Shown: one piece after another, positions 26,239-35,762 of the stretch
How the letters are laid out: every line of letters starts with the position of its first letter
How positions within the stretch are numbered: position 1 is the stretch's first letter
Origin: Solirubrobacterales bacterium
Lineage (GTDB): Bacteria; Actinomycetota; Thermoleophilia; Solirubrobacterales; 70-9
Assembly (NCBI GenBank): GCA_021155855.1
Contig: JAJNAZ010000016.1
Span: 2,249 to 66,248, forward strand
Length of the DNA stretch: 64,000 nt
Direction of reading: 5' to 3'
Made by a program: the position numbers and the translations under genes
Notes under the pieces: model-generated
Told to the model about the DNA's origin: nothing
Database searches by the model: none
The model's input: the letters and a program-made list of their open reading frames with translations, nothing else

Positions 26239-27660
26239 GTGAGCGGCGCTGCTTCGCCTACCGACGGCCCGACCGTCCTGATCATGGCTGCGGGCGAGGG
26301 CACCCGGATGCGATCGTCGCTGCCCAAGGTCCTGCACCCCGTCTGCGGCCGGCCGATGGTCGCCTGGCCGGTGCTCGCAGCCCGCGACGCCGGGGCCGGG
26401 CGCGTCGCTGTGATCGTCTCGCCGGATCGCGATCTCAGCGCCGGCCTGCCCGGCGGCACCGAGACCGTGGTCCAGCCAGAACCCGACGGCACCGGGGGCG
26501 CGATCCGCGCCGCGCACGACATCGTCCGCGACTCCGACACGGTGGTGGTCCTCTCCGGCGATCATCCGCTGATCAACGCCGAGATCATCTCGGCGCTGCT
26601 CACCACCCACTCCGCCGGCGCCGCCGGCGCCACGGTGATGACCGTCGAGCTCGACGATCCCGCCGCCTATGGGCGCGTGCTCCGCGACGACGCGGGCGAC
26701 ATCGAGCGAATCGTCGAGACCAAGCAGCCGGAGGAGGTCGCGCCCGAGGTGCTGGCGATCGGCGAGATCAACACCGGCACCTACGCTTTCGCCGCCCGGC
26801 CGCTGATGGAGTGCCTCGACCGGCTCACCAATGACAACTCGGCGGGCGAGTACTACCTCGGCGACGTGCTGCCGATGCTGCGCGAGCGCGGCCATCGCGT
26901 CGTCGCCCACCGGGTGACCGACCCGAACGTCAACCTCGGCGTCAACCACCGCGCCGACCTCGCGCTGGTCACCGCCGAGGCCCGCCGCCAGATCCTCGAG
27001 CGACACATGCTCGCCGGGGTGACGATCATCGACCCCGACTCGACCTGGATCGACGCCGACGTCGAGATCGCCGCCGATGCGACGATCGAGCCCGGAACCA
27101 CCCTGCGCGGTGCGACCGCGATCGGCGCCGACTCGATCGTCGGCCCGCACTCGACCGTGGTCGACTCGCGGATCGGCGCCGGCGCTCGGGTCCTGCACTC
27201 CTATCTCCTCGAGGCCGAGGTCGGCGACGAGGCCACGGTCGGCCCGTTCGCCTACCTGCGTCCCGACGCCGCCCTCGCCAACCAGGCGAAGGCGGGCAGC
27301 TTCGTCGAGATCAAGAACTCGCGCATCGGCGAGGGCGCCAAGGTCCCCCACCTCTCCTACGTCGGCGACGCCGAGGTCGGCGCCGACGCCAACATCGGCG
27401 CCGGGGCGATCACAGCCAACTACGACGGGCGCAAGAAGAACCCGACGAAGATCGGGGAAGGTGCGCGGATCTCTATCAACACCTCGCTCGTCGCCCCGGT
27501 GAACGTCGGCGATCGCGCTTACACTGGCGCCGGTGCGGTGATTCGCGAGGACGTTCCAGATGGCGCCCTCGGCGTATCGACCAACGAGCAACGCAACATC
27601 GAGGGCTACGCGGAGCGCAAGGCGAGCGAGGCGAACGAGGAGAACGGGGGCCTGGACTGA
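26239..27660 (+). CDS. glmU: Bifunctional UDP-N-acetylglucosamine diphosphorylase / glucosamine-1-phosphate N-acetyltransferase
   Basis: VLIMAAGEGTRMRSSLPKVLHPVCGRPMV plus C-terminal left-handed beta-helix hexapeptide repeats. GTG start. Confidence 0.95.
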   Translation: MSGAASPTDGPTVLIMAAGEGTRMRSSLPKVLHPVCGRPMVAWPVLAARDAGAGRVAVIVSPDRDLSAGLPGGTETVVQPEPDGTGGAIRAAHDIVRDSDTVVVLSGDHPLINAEIISALLTTHSAGAAGATVMTVELDDPAAYGRVLRDDAGDIERIVETKQPEEVAPEVLAIGEINTGTYAFAARPLMECLDRLTNDNSAGEYYLGDVLPMLRERGHRVVAHRVTDPNVNLGVNHRADLALVTAEARRQILERHMLAGVTIIDPDSTWIDADVEIAADATIEPGTTLRGATAIGADSIVGPHSTVVDSRIGAGARVLHSYLLEAEVGDEATVGPFAYLRPDAALANQAKAGSFVEIKNSRIGEGAKVPHLSYVGDAEVGADANIGAGAITANYDGRKKNPTKIGEGARISINTSLVAPVNVGDRAYTGAGAVIREDVPDGALGVSTNEQRNIEGYAERKASEANEENGGLD

Positions 27661-28706
27661 TGAGCATGCTCGAGGAGAGGCCGGTCGAGGAGATGCCCGG
27701 CGTCGTGAGCTCGATCCCGCACGACTACACGAAGCGGATGATGGTCTTCGGCGGGCGCGCCTCGATGGAGCTCGCTGCGAGGATCGCCGGCAAGCTCGAT
27801 GTCGATCTCGGCCAGGCCGACCTGCGCACGTTCGCCGACGGCGAGGTCTACTGCCGCTATCAGGAGTCGATCCGCGGTGCCGACATCTTCCTCGTCCAGT
27901 CGACCGCCGCCAACGCCGCCCACGGGATGACGCCCAACGACGCCTTGATGGAGCTGCTGGTGATGATCGACGCGGCCAAGGGCGCCTCGGCCCATCGGAT
28001 CATCGCCGTGATGCCGTGGTACGGCTACTCGCGGCAGGACAAGAAGTCGTCCCCGCGGGAGCCGATCTCCGCTCGCGTCGTCGCCCAATGCCTGGAGGCC
28101 GTCGGCGTCGATCGCGTGCTGACCATGGACCTGCACTCGGGCCAGGTGCAGGGCTTCTTCTCCAAGCCCGTCGACCACATGACCGCGATGCCGATGCTGA
28201 CCCAGTACTTCATGGACCAGGCCTGGGACGACGAGCTCGTGATCGTCTCGCCCGACGCCGGCCGGGTCAAGGTCGCGCGCAACTTCGCCCGCAAGGTCGG
28301 CGTCCACTGGGCGGTGATGGAGAAGGAGCGCCCCGCGGCGCAGGTGGCGGAGATCGGTTATGTGGTCGGCGACGTGCGGGGCAAGACGGCGGTCCTGGTG
28401 GACGACATGATCGATACCGCGGGCACGCTCTGCGCCGCCGCGAAGACGGTGCTCGACGAGGGCGCCGCGCGGGTGATCGCCTGCGCCACGCACGGGGTCT
28501 TCTCCGGCCCGGCCTTCGAGCGGCTCGCCTACGAGAATTCGAGCATCGAGCGGATCGTGGTCACCGACACGATCCCGCTGCGCCCGGGCGCCCCCGAGAA
28601 CATCACGGTGCTCTCGGCCGCCCAAACGCTCGCCGACTCGATCCGCCGCATCTTCGGCGACGAGTCCGTCTCCGAGATCTTCGCCGGCGAGAACCAGCTT
28701 TTCTAG
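27660..28706 (+). CDS. prs: Ribose-phosphate diphosphokinase (PRPP synthetase)
   Basis: FADGEVYCRYQESIRGADIFLVQS, YGYSRQDKK, VLVDDMIDTAGTL. Overlaps the glmU stop. Confidence 0.95.
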   Translation: MSMLEERPVEEMPGVVSSIPHDYTKRMMVFGGRASMELAARIAGKLDVDLGQADLRTFADGEVYCRYQESIRGADIFLVQSTAANAAHGMTPNDALMELLVMIDAAKGASAHRIIAVMPWYGYSRQDKKSSPREPISARVVAQCLEAVGVDRVLTMDLHSGQVQGFFSKPVDHMTAMPMLTQYFMDQAWDDELVIVSPDAGRVKVARNFARKVGVHWAVMEKERPAAQVAEIGYVVGDVRGKTAVLVDDMIDTAGTLCAAAKTVLDEGAARVIACATHGVFSGPAFERLAYENSSIERIVVTDTIPLRPGAPENITVLSAAQTLADSIRRIFGDESVSEIFAGENQLF

Positions 28707-28780
28707 CACCCGGCGAACGACGTCGCTCATCCGAGCACCGTGACGGCCGGAAAGCGGCCGTCCGCCGGTAGGTTGGGGCG

Positions 28781-29053
28781 GTGGACGCAAGGACGCTCGA
28801 CTGGTTCGACACCCTCGGCAGGGGTCTGTTGTGGGGCGCGGTCGCGGTCCTCGGGCTGTCGGTGATCGGCGCGATCGCGATCCTTACCACGGACACCGCG
28901 ATCGGCCTGTTCGAGGACGTCCAGCGTCAGGGTCGGGCCATTCTCGCAGTCGGCGCGTTCGGCGCCGGGCTGACCGCGAGCGGCGTGCTCGCCGGGATCG
29001 GGGCGATCGTGCGGCTCGAGGTCGCCGAGCGGCGTGAGCGGCCCGGGAAGTAG
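28781..29053 (+). CDS. Small 2-TM membrane protein, unknown function
   Basis: 90 aa with two clear hydrophobic helices (LLWGAVAVLGLSVIGAIAIL; AILAVGAFGAGLTASGVLAGIGAIV). GTG start. No family recognised. Confidence 0.5.
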   Translation: MDARTLDWFDTLGRGLLWGAVAVLGLSVIGAIAILTTDTAIGLFEDVQRQGRAILAVGAFGAGLTASGVLAGIGAIVRLEVAERRERPGK

Positions 29054-29066
29054 CGGGCGCCGGACC

Positions 29067-29813
29067 ATGCTGCGGATCGGACACAAGGGCGCCGACGCGA
29101 TCCATCCCGGCAACACGCTCGAGAGCTTCGCCGCCGCGGTCGAGGCCGGCTGCGAGCTGATCGAGCTCGACGTGCTGCGCCCGCGGGGCGATTTCCCCGA
29201 CGGCGGCGACTGGCGCCGCGCAGCCGCCGGGCCCGCCGCCGGCTCGGGGCCGCTGCTGGTCGCCCACGACTGGGGCGACGCCCGCCGGCGCGATCCGCTC
29301 ACCCTCGCCCAGGCCCTGGACGCGTTCGCGGCGCCGCCGCTGGACCAGGTCCGCTTCGACCTCGACCTGAAGATCGCCGGGCGGGAGGACGAGGTCGCCG
29401 AGGCGCTGCGCGAGCGCGGCCTGGTCGAGCGGGCGATGGTCTCGACGATGGAGGCGGACAGCGTCGCCTACCTCCGCGACGCCGCCCCGGATATCGACCG
29501 CGGCTGGACGCTGCCGAAGGTGAGCCGCGACTGGTCACGCAGCCCGTGGTTGCGCCCGGCGTTCCTCGTCGGCTCGGCCTCGCTGCGCGCCCGCCTGCCG
29601 GCGATCGTCCGCGGCGGCGCTCCCCGGCTCGGCGTCTGGGCGGTCTGGGTCTACCACCCGTTGGTCACCCGCCGCCTGATCGAGGCCGCGCACGGGATCG
29701 GCGTCGCGGTGATCGCCTGGACCGTGGACGAGCGCGAGCGAGCGGAGCGCCTCGCGGCGCTCGGCATCGACGGGATCTGCTCCAACGATCCCCGACTGCT
29801 CGCGGATCTCTAG
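29067..29813 (+). CDS. Glycerophosphodiester phosphodiesterase family protein
   Basis: MLRIGHKGADAIHPGNTLESFAAAVEAGCELIELDV matches the GDPD HxG..ENT..F / E.D signature. C-terminal IAWTVD...GIDGICSNDP. Confidence 0.8.
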   Translation: MLRIGHKGADAIHPGNTLESFAAAVEAGCELIELDVLRPRGDFPDGGDWRRAAAGPAAGSGPLLVAHDWGDARRRDPLTLAQALDAFAAPPLDQVRFDLDLKIAGREDEVAEALRERGLVERAMVSTMEADSVAYLRDAAPDIDRGWTLPKVSRDWSRSPWLRPAFLVGSASLRARLPAIVRGGAPRLGVWAVWVYHPLVTRRLIEAAHGIGVAVIAWTVDERERAERLAALGIDGICSNDPRLLADL

Positions 29814-29867
29814 TCCGAGCTCCACAGACGCCAGCGGCCCGCCGACGCCGTGATTAGAGTCCCGCGA

Positions 29868-31406
29868 ATGCAGCGGGGCACCGCGATGGCGCTGTTCGCG
29901 ATGGGGCTTGGCGTGCTGGTGATCGCGAACGATTTCACCGCGCTCAACGTCGCTCTGCCGGCGATCGAGGAGGACTTCGACGCCGACGTCGGCACCGTCC
30001 AGTGGACCGTCAACGCCTACGCGCTCACCTTCGGCATGGTCCTGGTCACGGGCGGTCGGCTCGCCGACATGTTCGGGCGGCGCAAGGTCTTCTTCATCGG
30101 CACCGCGATCTTCGCCGGGTTCTCGCTGCTGGGCGCGCTCGCCCCCGACGCCGGAACCCTGATCGCGATGCGGGTCGGGATGGGCGTCGGCGGGGGCCTG
30201 ATGTGGCCGGCGATCCTCGGCATGACCTTCGCCGCCGTGCCGGCCGACCGCGCGGCGTTCGCCGGCGGCCTGATCCTCGGCGTCGCCGGGCTCGGCAACG
30301 CGCTCGGCCCCCTGATCGGCGGCCTGCTCACCGACGAGCTCAGCTGGCGGGCGATCTTCTATCTCAACCTTCCGGTGGCCGCGTTCGCGGTCGCGGTCAC
30401 CTGGGCCAAGGTCCATCAGCCCCACGACGAGGGCGCCCGCGAGCGGATCGACTACGCCGGCATCGTCTCGCTGTCGCTCGGCCTCGTGCTGTTGCTGCTC
30501 GCCCTCGACCAGTCGGCCGATTGGGGCCTGACCGACCCGCGAGTGCTGGCGATGGTCGCGGCCGCCGGGCTCGCGATCGCCGCCTTCGCGCTAATCGAGC
30601 CGCGGATGGGCAAGGCGGCGCTCGTACCCAGCGACGTGATCTCGAACCGCGGGTTCGTCGCCGCCTGCCTGACGGTGCTCTTCCTCTCGGCCGTCTTCTT
30701 CTCGGCGATTCTCTACGGACCGCAGCTGATGGAGAAGATCCTCGGCTACACGGCGCTCGAGGCCGGGGTGGGGATGCTGCCGATGCTGGGCATGTTCGGC
30801 GCCGTCGCCTTCCTCTCCGACCGACTCGTCGCCCGGGTCGGGCTGCGGGCCGTGATCGTCGCCGGCACCGCGCTGCTGGCGCTCGGCCCGCTGCTGCTCT
30901 CGTTCTTCGGCGCCGACTCCGACTATCTGGCGCTGGTCCCGGGCCTGCTGGCGACCGGGATCGGGGCGGGGTTGTTCTACCCGACGATTACGACCGCGGC
31001 GGTGACCATGCTCGATCCCTCGCAGTCGAGCCTCGCCGGCGGGATCACCTACATGTTCCAGGTCGCCGGCGGGGCGATCGGCCTCGGGCTGACCACGGCG
31101 ATCTTCACGATCCGCTCCGAGGACGAGATCGCCAGCGAGGCGAACGCCCTCGGGCTCCGTGACACCGCCGAGCAGTCGGGGGTCATCCACGGCATCCTCG
31201 CCGGCACCGAGCCCGGCGAGCGCGCCTTCTCGGAGTTCGGCACCTCGACCGCCGACCGCGTGCTCGAGGTGGTCAAGGAGTCGTTCGTCGCCGGGGTGCA
31301 GCTCAGCTTCCGGGTCGTCGCCGCGATCGCGGTCCTCGGCCTCTTGGTCGCCGTGCTCGGCGTCAGGCCGGAGCCTCCCGAACCGCAATCCCCGGAACCC
31401 GCCTGA
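29868..31406 (+). CDS. MFS transporter, DHA2 (EmrB/QacA, 14-TMS) type
   Basis: ALNVALPAIEEDFDADVGTVQWTVNAYALTFGMVLVTGGRLADMFGRRKVFFIG is the typical DHA2 motif. About 14 hydrophobic segments. Confidence 0.85.
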   Translation: MQRGTAMALFAMGLGVLVIANDFTALNVALPAIEEDFDADVGTVQWTVNAYALTFGMVLVTGGRLADMFGRRKVFFIGTAIFAGFSLLGALAPDAGTLIAMRVGMGVGGGLMWPAILGMTFAAVPADRAAFAGGLILGVAGLGNALGPLIGGLLTDELSWRAIFYLNLPVAAFAVAVTWAKVHQPHDEGARERIDYAGIVSLSLGLVLLLLALDQSADWGLTDPRVLAMVAAAGLAIAAFALIEPRMGKAALVPSDVISNRGFVAACLTVLFLSAVFFSAILYGPQLMEKILGYTALEAGVGMLPMLGMFGAVAFLSDRLVARVGLRAVIVAGTALLALGPLLLSFFGADSDYLALVPGLLATGIGAGLFYPTITTAAVTMLDPSQSSLAGGITYMFQVAGGAIGLGLTTAIFTIRSEDEIASEANALGLRDTAEQSGVIHGILAGTEPGERAFSEFGTSTADRVLEVVKESFVAGVQLSFRVVAAIAVLGLLVAVLGVRPEPPEPQSPEPA

Positions 31407-32790
31407 CCCCGCGCTCCTCGAAGTAGGCCCACTCCTGCTCGCCGAGCTCGGTCTCGGGCGGGTCGGCGTAGACCCACTCGCGCATGATCCGGTGCCAGTT
31501 GCGTCGCGCCCGCAGCTGCGCCAGCACCGCCACCAGGCCGGTCTCCATCCGCCGGCCCATCAGCTCCTCGGCCGGCAGGCTCTCGCGGCGCATGAGGTCG
31601 AAGTACTCCGAGCGCGGGTCCGAGGTCGACTCGATGATCTTCATCACCCGCCGCGCCGAGACCTCGTAATCGCGGTCCTCGAGATACCAGCCGCCGACCA
31701 GCATCACGTGATCCATCAGCCGCTCGGCATCCAGCTTGGTCGGGTTCTTGACGAAGCCGAGGTCGTGCAGGGCGCGTCGCAGCCCCTCCGGGTCCTTGCG
31801 CACCGCCGCGTCGACGGCGCGCTGCTCGAGCTCGATCTGCTCGACGTCGAGCTTCTTCGTCATCCCGAAGTCGAGGAAGGCGACCCGGCCGTCCGCCATC
31901 AGGATGTAGTTGCCCGGATGGGCGTCGGCATTGAAGTGCTGTAGGTGGTAGATCGACCCGAAGCAGAAGCGGAACAGGATCTCGCCGAAGCGGCCGCGCT
32001 CCTCGTCGGAGCGCTGCTTGATCTCGTCGAACTGGATCCCCTCGACGTACTCGGTGACCAGCACCCGCCGCCGCGAGAGCCGCGTGATCACGTCGGGCAC
32101 GTAGATGAACGGATGGTCGCGGTAGGCGCGCGCGAAGCTGCGCTGGTTCTGCGCCTCGTACTCGTAGTCGAGCTCCTCCATCACCCGCTCGCGCAGCTCC
32201 TGGGCGACCTCCTTCGCGTCGAGTCCCGGGGCCAGCGCGCGCGCGAGCCGGACCAGCATCCCGGCGTTGCGCATGTCGGACTCGAGCGCCTCGGCGACGC
32301 CGGGGTACTGGATCTTGACCGCGACCTCGCGGCCGTCGAGGAGGGTGGCGCGGTGGACCTGGCCGATCGAGGCGGCCGCGAACGCCTCCTCCTCGAACGC
32401 CGAGAAGTGCTCGGAGACGGGCTCGCCGTACTCCTCGTCGAGCACCGACGAGACCTTCTTCCATGGCATCGGCGGAGCTGAGGTGCGCAGCTTCGAGAGC
32501 TCCTCCTGGTAGATCTCGGCGTACTCGGGCGGCAGGAACTCGGTATCGACGAACGAGGCGAGCTGGCCGAGCTTCATCGCCGCGCCCTTCATCTCGCCGA
32601 GGATCGAGACCATCTTCAGCGCCGTCTCGAGATGACGGGCCTCGAGCCTCTCCTGCGCGCCCTCCTCGGTGCGGGCGACGCTCGCCGCCTTCGTGCCGGC
32701 ATAGCGGGCCGCCTGACCGCCGAGCGCCGTGCCGAGCTTCGTCGAGCGCCGCACCCGGCCCCTGGGGATCTTGTGGTCTTCGTCGCCCAC
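31363..32790 (-). CDS. ABC1/UbiB/AarF-family atypical kinase
   Basis: AAASIGQVHRATLLDGREVAVKIQYPGV, VLVTEYVEG, HADAHPGNYIL, LDFGM. The 3' end overlaps the MFS gene by 44 nt (convergent). Confidence 0.85.
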   Translation of the reverse strand: MGDEDHKIPRGRVRRSTKLGTALGGQAARYAGTKAASVARTEEGAQERLEARHLETALKMVSILGEMKGAAMKLGQLASFVDTEFLPPEYAEIYQEELSKLRTSAPPMPWKKVSSVLDEEYGEPVSEHFSAFEEEAFAAASIGQVHRATLLDGREVAVKIQYPGVAEALESDMRNAGMLVRLARALAPGLDAKEVAQELRERVMEELDYEYEAQNQRSFARAYRDHPFIYVPDVITRLSRRRVLVTEYVEGIQFDEIKQRSDEERGRFGEILFRFCFGSIYHLQHFNADAHPGNYILMADGRVAFLDFGMTKKLDVEQIELEQRAVDAAVRKDPEGLRRALHDLGFVKNPTKLDAERLMDHVMLVGGWYLEDRDYEVSARRVMKIIESTSDPRSEYFDLMRRESLPAEELMGRRMETGLVAVLAQLRARRNWHRIMREWVYADPPETELGEQEWAYFEERGVRRVPGIAVREAPA

Positions 32791-33022
32791 GGCGGCAGGG
32801 TAGCGGCGGAGTGGGCGGGTTTGAGACGGTTCGTCCGCACCCGCCTTCGGCCGCGACCACCGCCGCGAGGTCGATCTCGCCGCCGCCGGCTTCCAGGTGA
32901 TCCGCGTGAGCTGGCATCAGATCGTCGACGAGCCCGAGGCGACCCTGGTCCGGATCGCCCAGGGGTTCGCGCGGCGCGGGACCTGAACGCCTGCGCGGCC
33001 TCGATTCGGGCATCCTGGCCGG

Positions 33023-33997
33023 ATGGCGACGATCGACCCGAACGCCCGCTGGGGGGCGGACGGCCGACCCGACTACGCCGGGCTGCCGTCGTTCGCGGCG
33101 TTGCCATACACCGAGTCGGGCGAGGGGCTTGCCGGGGCCGACGTCGCGATCGTCGGGGCGCCGATGGACGAGCTCGTCTCCGACCGGCCTGGCACCCGGT
33201 ACGGCCCGCGGGCGATCCGCCAGGCCAGCGCCAGCACCGGGCGCCACCTCGACGCCGGCATCGATGCGTTCGAGAGCCTGAGGGTCGTCGACTTCGGCGA
33301 CGCCGCGGTGATCCCGGCCGACCCGGTTGCCTCGCACGCGGCAATCGAGCGGATCGTGGGCGAGGTCGTCGATGCCGGCGCGATCCCGCTCGTGCTCGGG
33401 GGAGACCACTCGATCGCCGAGCCCGACATCCGCGCCTGCGCGCAGCGCCACGGGCCGCTCGGGCTGATCCACTTCGACGCCCACACCGATACCGCGCGCG
33501 AGCTCTGGGGGGCCGAGCTCTCGCACGGCACCCCGATGTACAGGCTCGTGGAGCAGGGCCATGTCGCCGGCGAGCGGTACGCCCAAATCGGCCTGCGTGG
33601 CTACTGGCCGGGGGAGAAGGAGTTCGCCTGGCAGCGCGAGCGGGGGATCACCGAGCTGCGGATGCGCGAGGTCGTCGAGCGGGGAATCGCCGACGTGCTC
33701 ACCGAGGCGATCGACGCGGTCGGGCCCGGCCCGGCGTTCGCGTCGATCGACATCGACGTGCTCGACCCGGCGTTCGCGCCCGGCACCGGCACCCCGGAGC
33801 CGGGCGGCATGACCACCGCCGACCTGCTCTGGGCGTGCCGCGAGCTCGCCGGCCGGCTCGAGCTCGTCGGTGCCGACGTGGTCGAGGTGCTGCCCTCGGC
33901 CTCGGGCACCGACGTCACCGCGGTCGTCGGCGCCCGGATCGCGCACGAGCTGCTCACGGGGATCGCGCTGCGACGGGCCGGCCGCGGCGGAGCCTAG
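33023..33997 (+). CDS. speB: Agmatinase (ureohydrolase family)
   Basis: All canonical Mn-ligand motifs are present: LVLGGDHSIA, IHFDAHTDT, SIDIDVLDPAFAPGTGTPEPGG. Confidence 0.85.
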   Translation: MATIDPNARWGADGRPDYAGLPSFAALPYTESGEGLAGADVAIVGAPMDELVSDRPGTRYGPRAIRQASASTGRHLDAGIDAFESLRVVDFGDAAVIPADPVASHAAIERIVGEVVDAGAIPLVLGGDHSIAEPDIRACAQRHGPLGLIHFDAHTDTARELWGAELSHGTPMYRLVEQGHVAGERYAQIGLRGYWPGEKEFAWQRERGITELRMREVVERGIADVLTEAIDAVGPGPAFASIDIDVLDPAFAPGTGTPEPGGMTTADLLWACRELAGRLELVGADVVEVLPSASGTDVTAVVGARIAHELLTGIALRRAGRGGA

Positions 33998-34869
33998 GCG
34001 AGCATCTCGTCGAGGAACTCGACCACGCGCCGGGTATGCGCGCCGTCCGGGTCGCGCTCGGGCTCGAGGTCGGCGAGGCTGATCCCGACCAGCGCCTTCG
34101 CGGTCGCGAGCGGGCGGGCGAGCTCCGCCAGCGACTCCCAGTCGAGCCCGTGCGGCTGCGGGTAGCTGACCGCGGGCAGGGCCTCGGCGTCGAGGACATC
34201 GAGGTCGAGGTGAAGCCAAGCCGCCCGGCCGTCGAGCCTGGCGAGGCTCTCGGCCGCGACGGCGGCCGGGCCGCGCTCGACGATCGCCGGCGCGTCGATC
34301 AGCAGCACGTCGGCGGGTACCAGCCCGAGCTCGCGCGCGACCTCGGGATCGGAGTCCGCGGGGCGGTGGCCGAGCACCGAGACCCGGCGCGAATCGAGCA
34401 GCGGAGGCTCGTCGCCGCCCCAGACCTCGGCCAGCGCTCCGGGCCCGCCCCCGACCAGGAAGGTGAGGTCCATGTCGGCGGCCTCGCCGGTGAGCGAGCT
34501 GGCGCCGTCGTAGGCGTCGGGATGGCCGTCGATCATCGACAGTCCGGCCTCGATCCCGGCCCGGTGCAGCCCGGCGAACACGCCCGGAAGCAGCGAGCAG
34601 TCGCCGCCGACGATCAGGGGGCGATCGGGGCTCGCCGCGACCTCGGCGACCCAGGCGGCGATCGCCTCGGTCGCGCGCACCAGATCGGCGAACCCGATCA
34701 CCCCGGTTTCGGGGTCACGGACGGGGTCGGCGATCCGCGCGGCCAGGTCCCCCCGATCCTCGACCCCGGGGATCTCCGCGAGCCCGGCCGAGCGCAGCGC
34801 CGCCGGCGCCCTCGCCTCGCCCCGGTCGCGGCCGGAGGAGTCGATCGGCGCTCCCGCCATCGCCCACAT
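33994..34869 (-). CDS. Arginase/agmatinase/formiminoglutamase-fold protein with an atypical metal motif (GGDCS)
   Basis: IVGGDCSLL (His replaced by Cys), MIDGHPDAYD, LHLDLDVLD. Start is ATG 34869 or 34860. The upstream part of ORF 33994..35736 is antisense to rplY. Confidence 0.7.
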   Translation of the reverse strand: MWAMAGAPIDSSGRDRGEARAPAALRSAGLAEIPGVEDRGDLAARIADPVRDPETGVIGFADLVRATEAIAAWVAEVAASPDRPLIVGGDCSLLPGVFAGLHRAGIEAGLSMIDGHPDAYDGASSLTGEAADMDLTFLVGGGPGALAEVWGGDEPPLLDSRRVSVLGHRPADSDPEVARELGLVPADVLLIDAPAIVERGPAAVAAESLARLDGRAAWLHLDLDVLDAEALPAVSYPQPHGLDWESLAELARPLATAKALVGISLADLEPERDPDGAHTRRVVEFLDEMLA

Positions 34870-34926
34870 GGCGACGAAGATAGTCGCCCGCGACCTCGCC
34901 GCGGGTTCTCTATCCTCAACCGCCGC

Positions 34927-35643
34927 ATGGCTACCGATCGACTGACGCTGAAGGCCAAGCAGCGGACCGAGTTCGGCTCGCGGATCAGCCGCCGCCTGCG
35001 CCGCAGCGGGCTCGTCCCCGGCGTCGTCTACGGCTCCGGCGAGGCGGCGCGCCCGTTCCAGGTCTCGGCCCGCGATGCGCGCGACGTGCTCGTGCACGGT
35101 GGCGCCCTCTTCGACGTCGAGATCGAGGGCCAGGGCACCGTGCCCGTGGTGATCAAGGAGCAGCAGCGCGATCCGGTGCGCGGCGAGCTGATCCACCTCG
35201 ACCTGCACGAGGTCAGGCTCGACGAGAAGATCCAGGCCGACGTCGCGATCGAGGTGCTCGGGATCGAGGACGCCCCCGGGGTCAAGGAGGGCGGAGTGCT
35301 CGAGCACGTCACCCACGAGATCACGATCGAGGCGCTTCCGACCGAGATTCCCGAATCGATCCCCGCCGACGTCTCGGGGATGGTGATCGGGGACACGCTC
35401 CAGCTCAGCGCCCTGATCGCCCCCGAGGGGGTCGAGTTCTTCCTCGGCGAGGACCAGAACGCGGACGAGATCACGATCGCCACGCTCTCGCCGCCGCGCG
35501 TCGAGGAGGAGCCCGAGCCCGAGCTCGAGGAGGAGGCCGAGCTGGTCGGCGAGGAGGGCGAGGTGCCCGAGGGCGAGGAGGCCCCCGCCGAGGAGGGCGA
35601 GGGTCCCGAGGGCGCCGAAGCGGGCTCCGGCGACGAGGAGTAG
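34927..35643 (+). CDS. rplY: 50S ribosomal protein L25 / general stress protein Ctc, with an acidic C-terminal tail
   Basis: LKAKQRTEFGSRISRRLRRSGLVPGVVYG...DPVRGELIHLDLHEV. Long Glu-rich tail. Confidence 0.9.
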   Translation: MATDRLTLKAKQRTEFGSRISRRLRRSGLVPGVVYGSGEAARPFQVSARDARDVLVHGGALFDVEIEGQGTVPVVIKEQQRDPVRGELIHLDLHEVRLDEKIQADVAIEVLGIEDAPGVKEGGVLEHVTHEITIEALPTEIPESIPADVSGMVIGDTLQLSALIAPEGVEFFLGEDQNADEITIATLSPPRVEEEPEPELEEEAELVGEEGEVPEGEEAPAEEGEGPEGAEAGSGDEE

Positions 35644-35762
35644 CGCTGTCGCTGCTCCGCCGCCTCGGGCGCCGGCGGGCCCGTCCTGACAGGGACCGCG
35701 ACACGCCCCGGCGAATCCGAGCGGAGCTCGGATCACCGGTCGCCGACGCTCCCTGGGAGGAC

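Noticed and set aside
31363-31406. 44-nt convergent overlap between the MFS transporter and ABC1-kinase 3' ends.
   Set aside because: This is probably just permissive C-terminal tails in GC-rich DNA. Both tails are low-complexity and there is no sign of a frameshift. It is not strong enough to report as a finding.
32632-34926. Long 5' extensions of real genes in the ORF track. These are 32632.. for rplY, 24336.. for DoxX, 60819.. for the YbdK-like ligase, 10679.. and 12106.. for mce4/5, 56581.. for the flippase, 39116.. for mfd, 519.. for the aquaporin, 4356.. for ROK, 52150.. and 55839.. for sulfotransferases, and 3418..4701 for LCP.
   Set aside because: The upstream portions overlap neighbouring genes and translate to Arg-rich low complexity. 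In-frame internal ATG/GTG/TTG codons, often with 4-nt stop-start overlaps or an SD, give N-termini that match the families.
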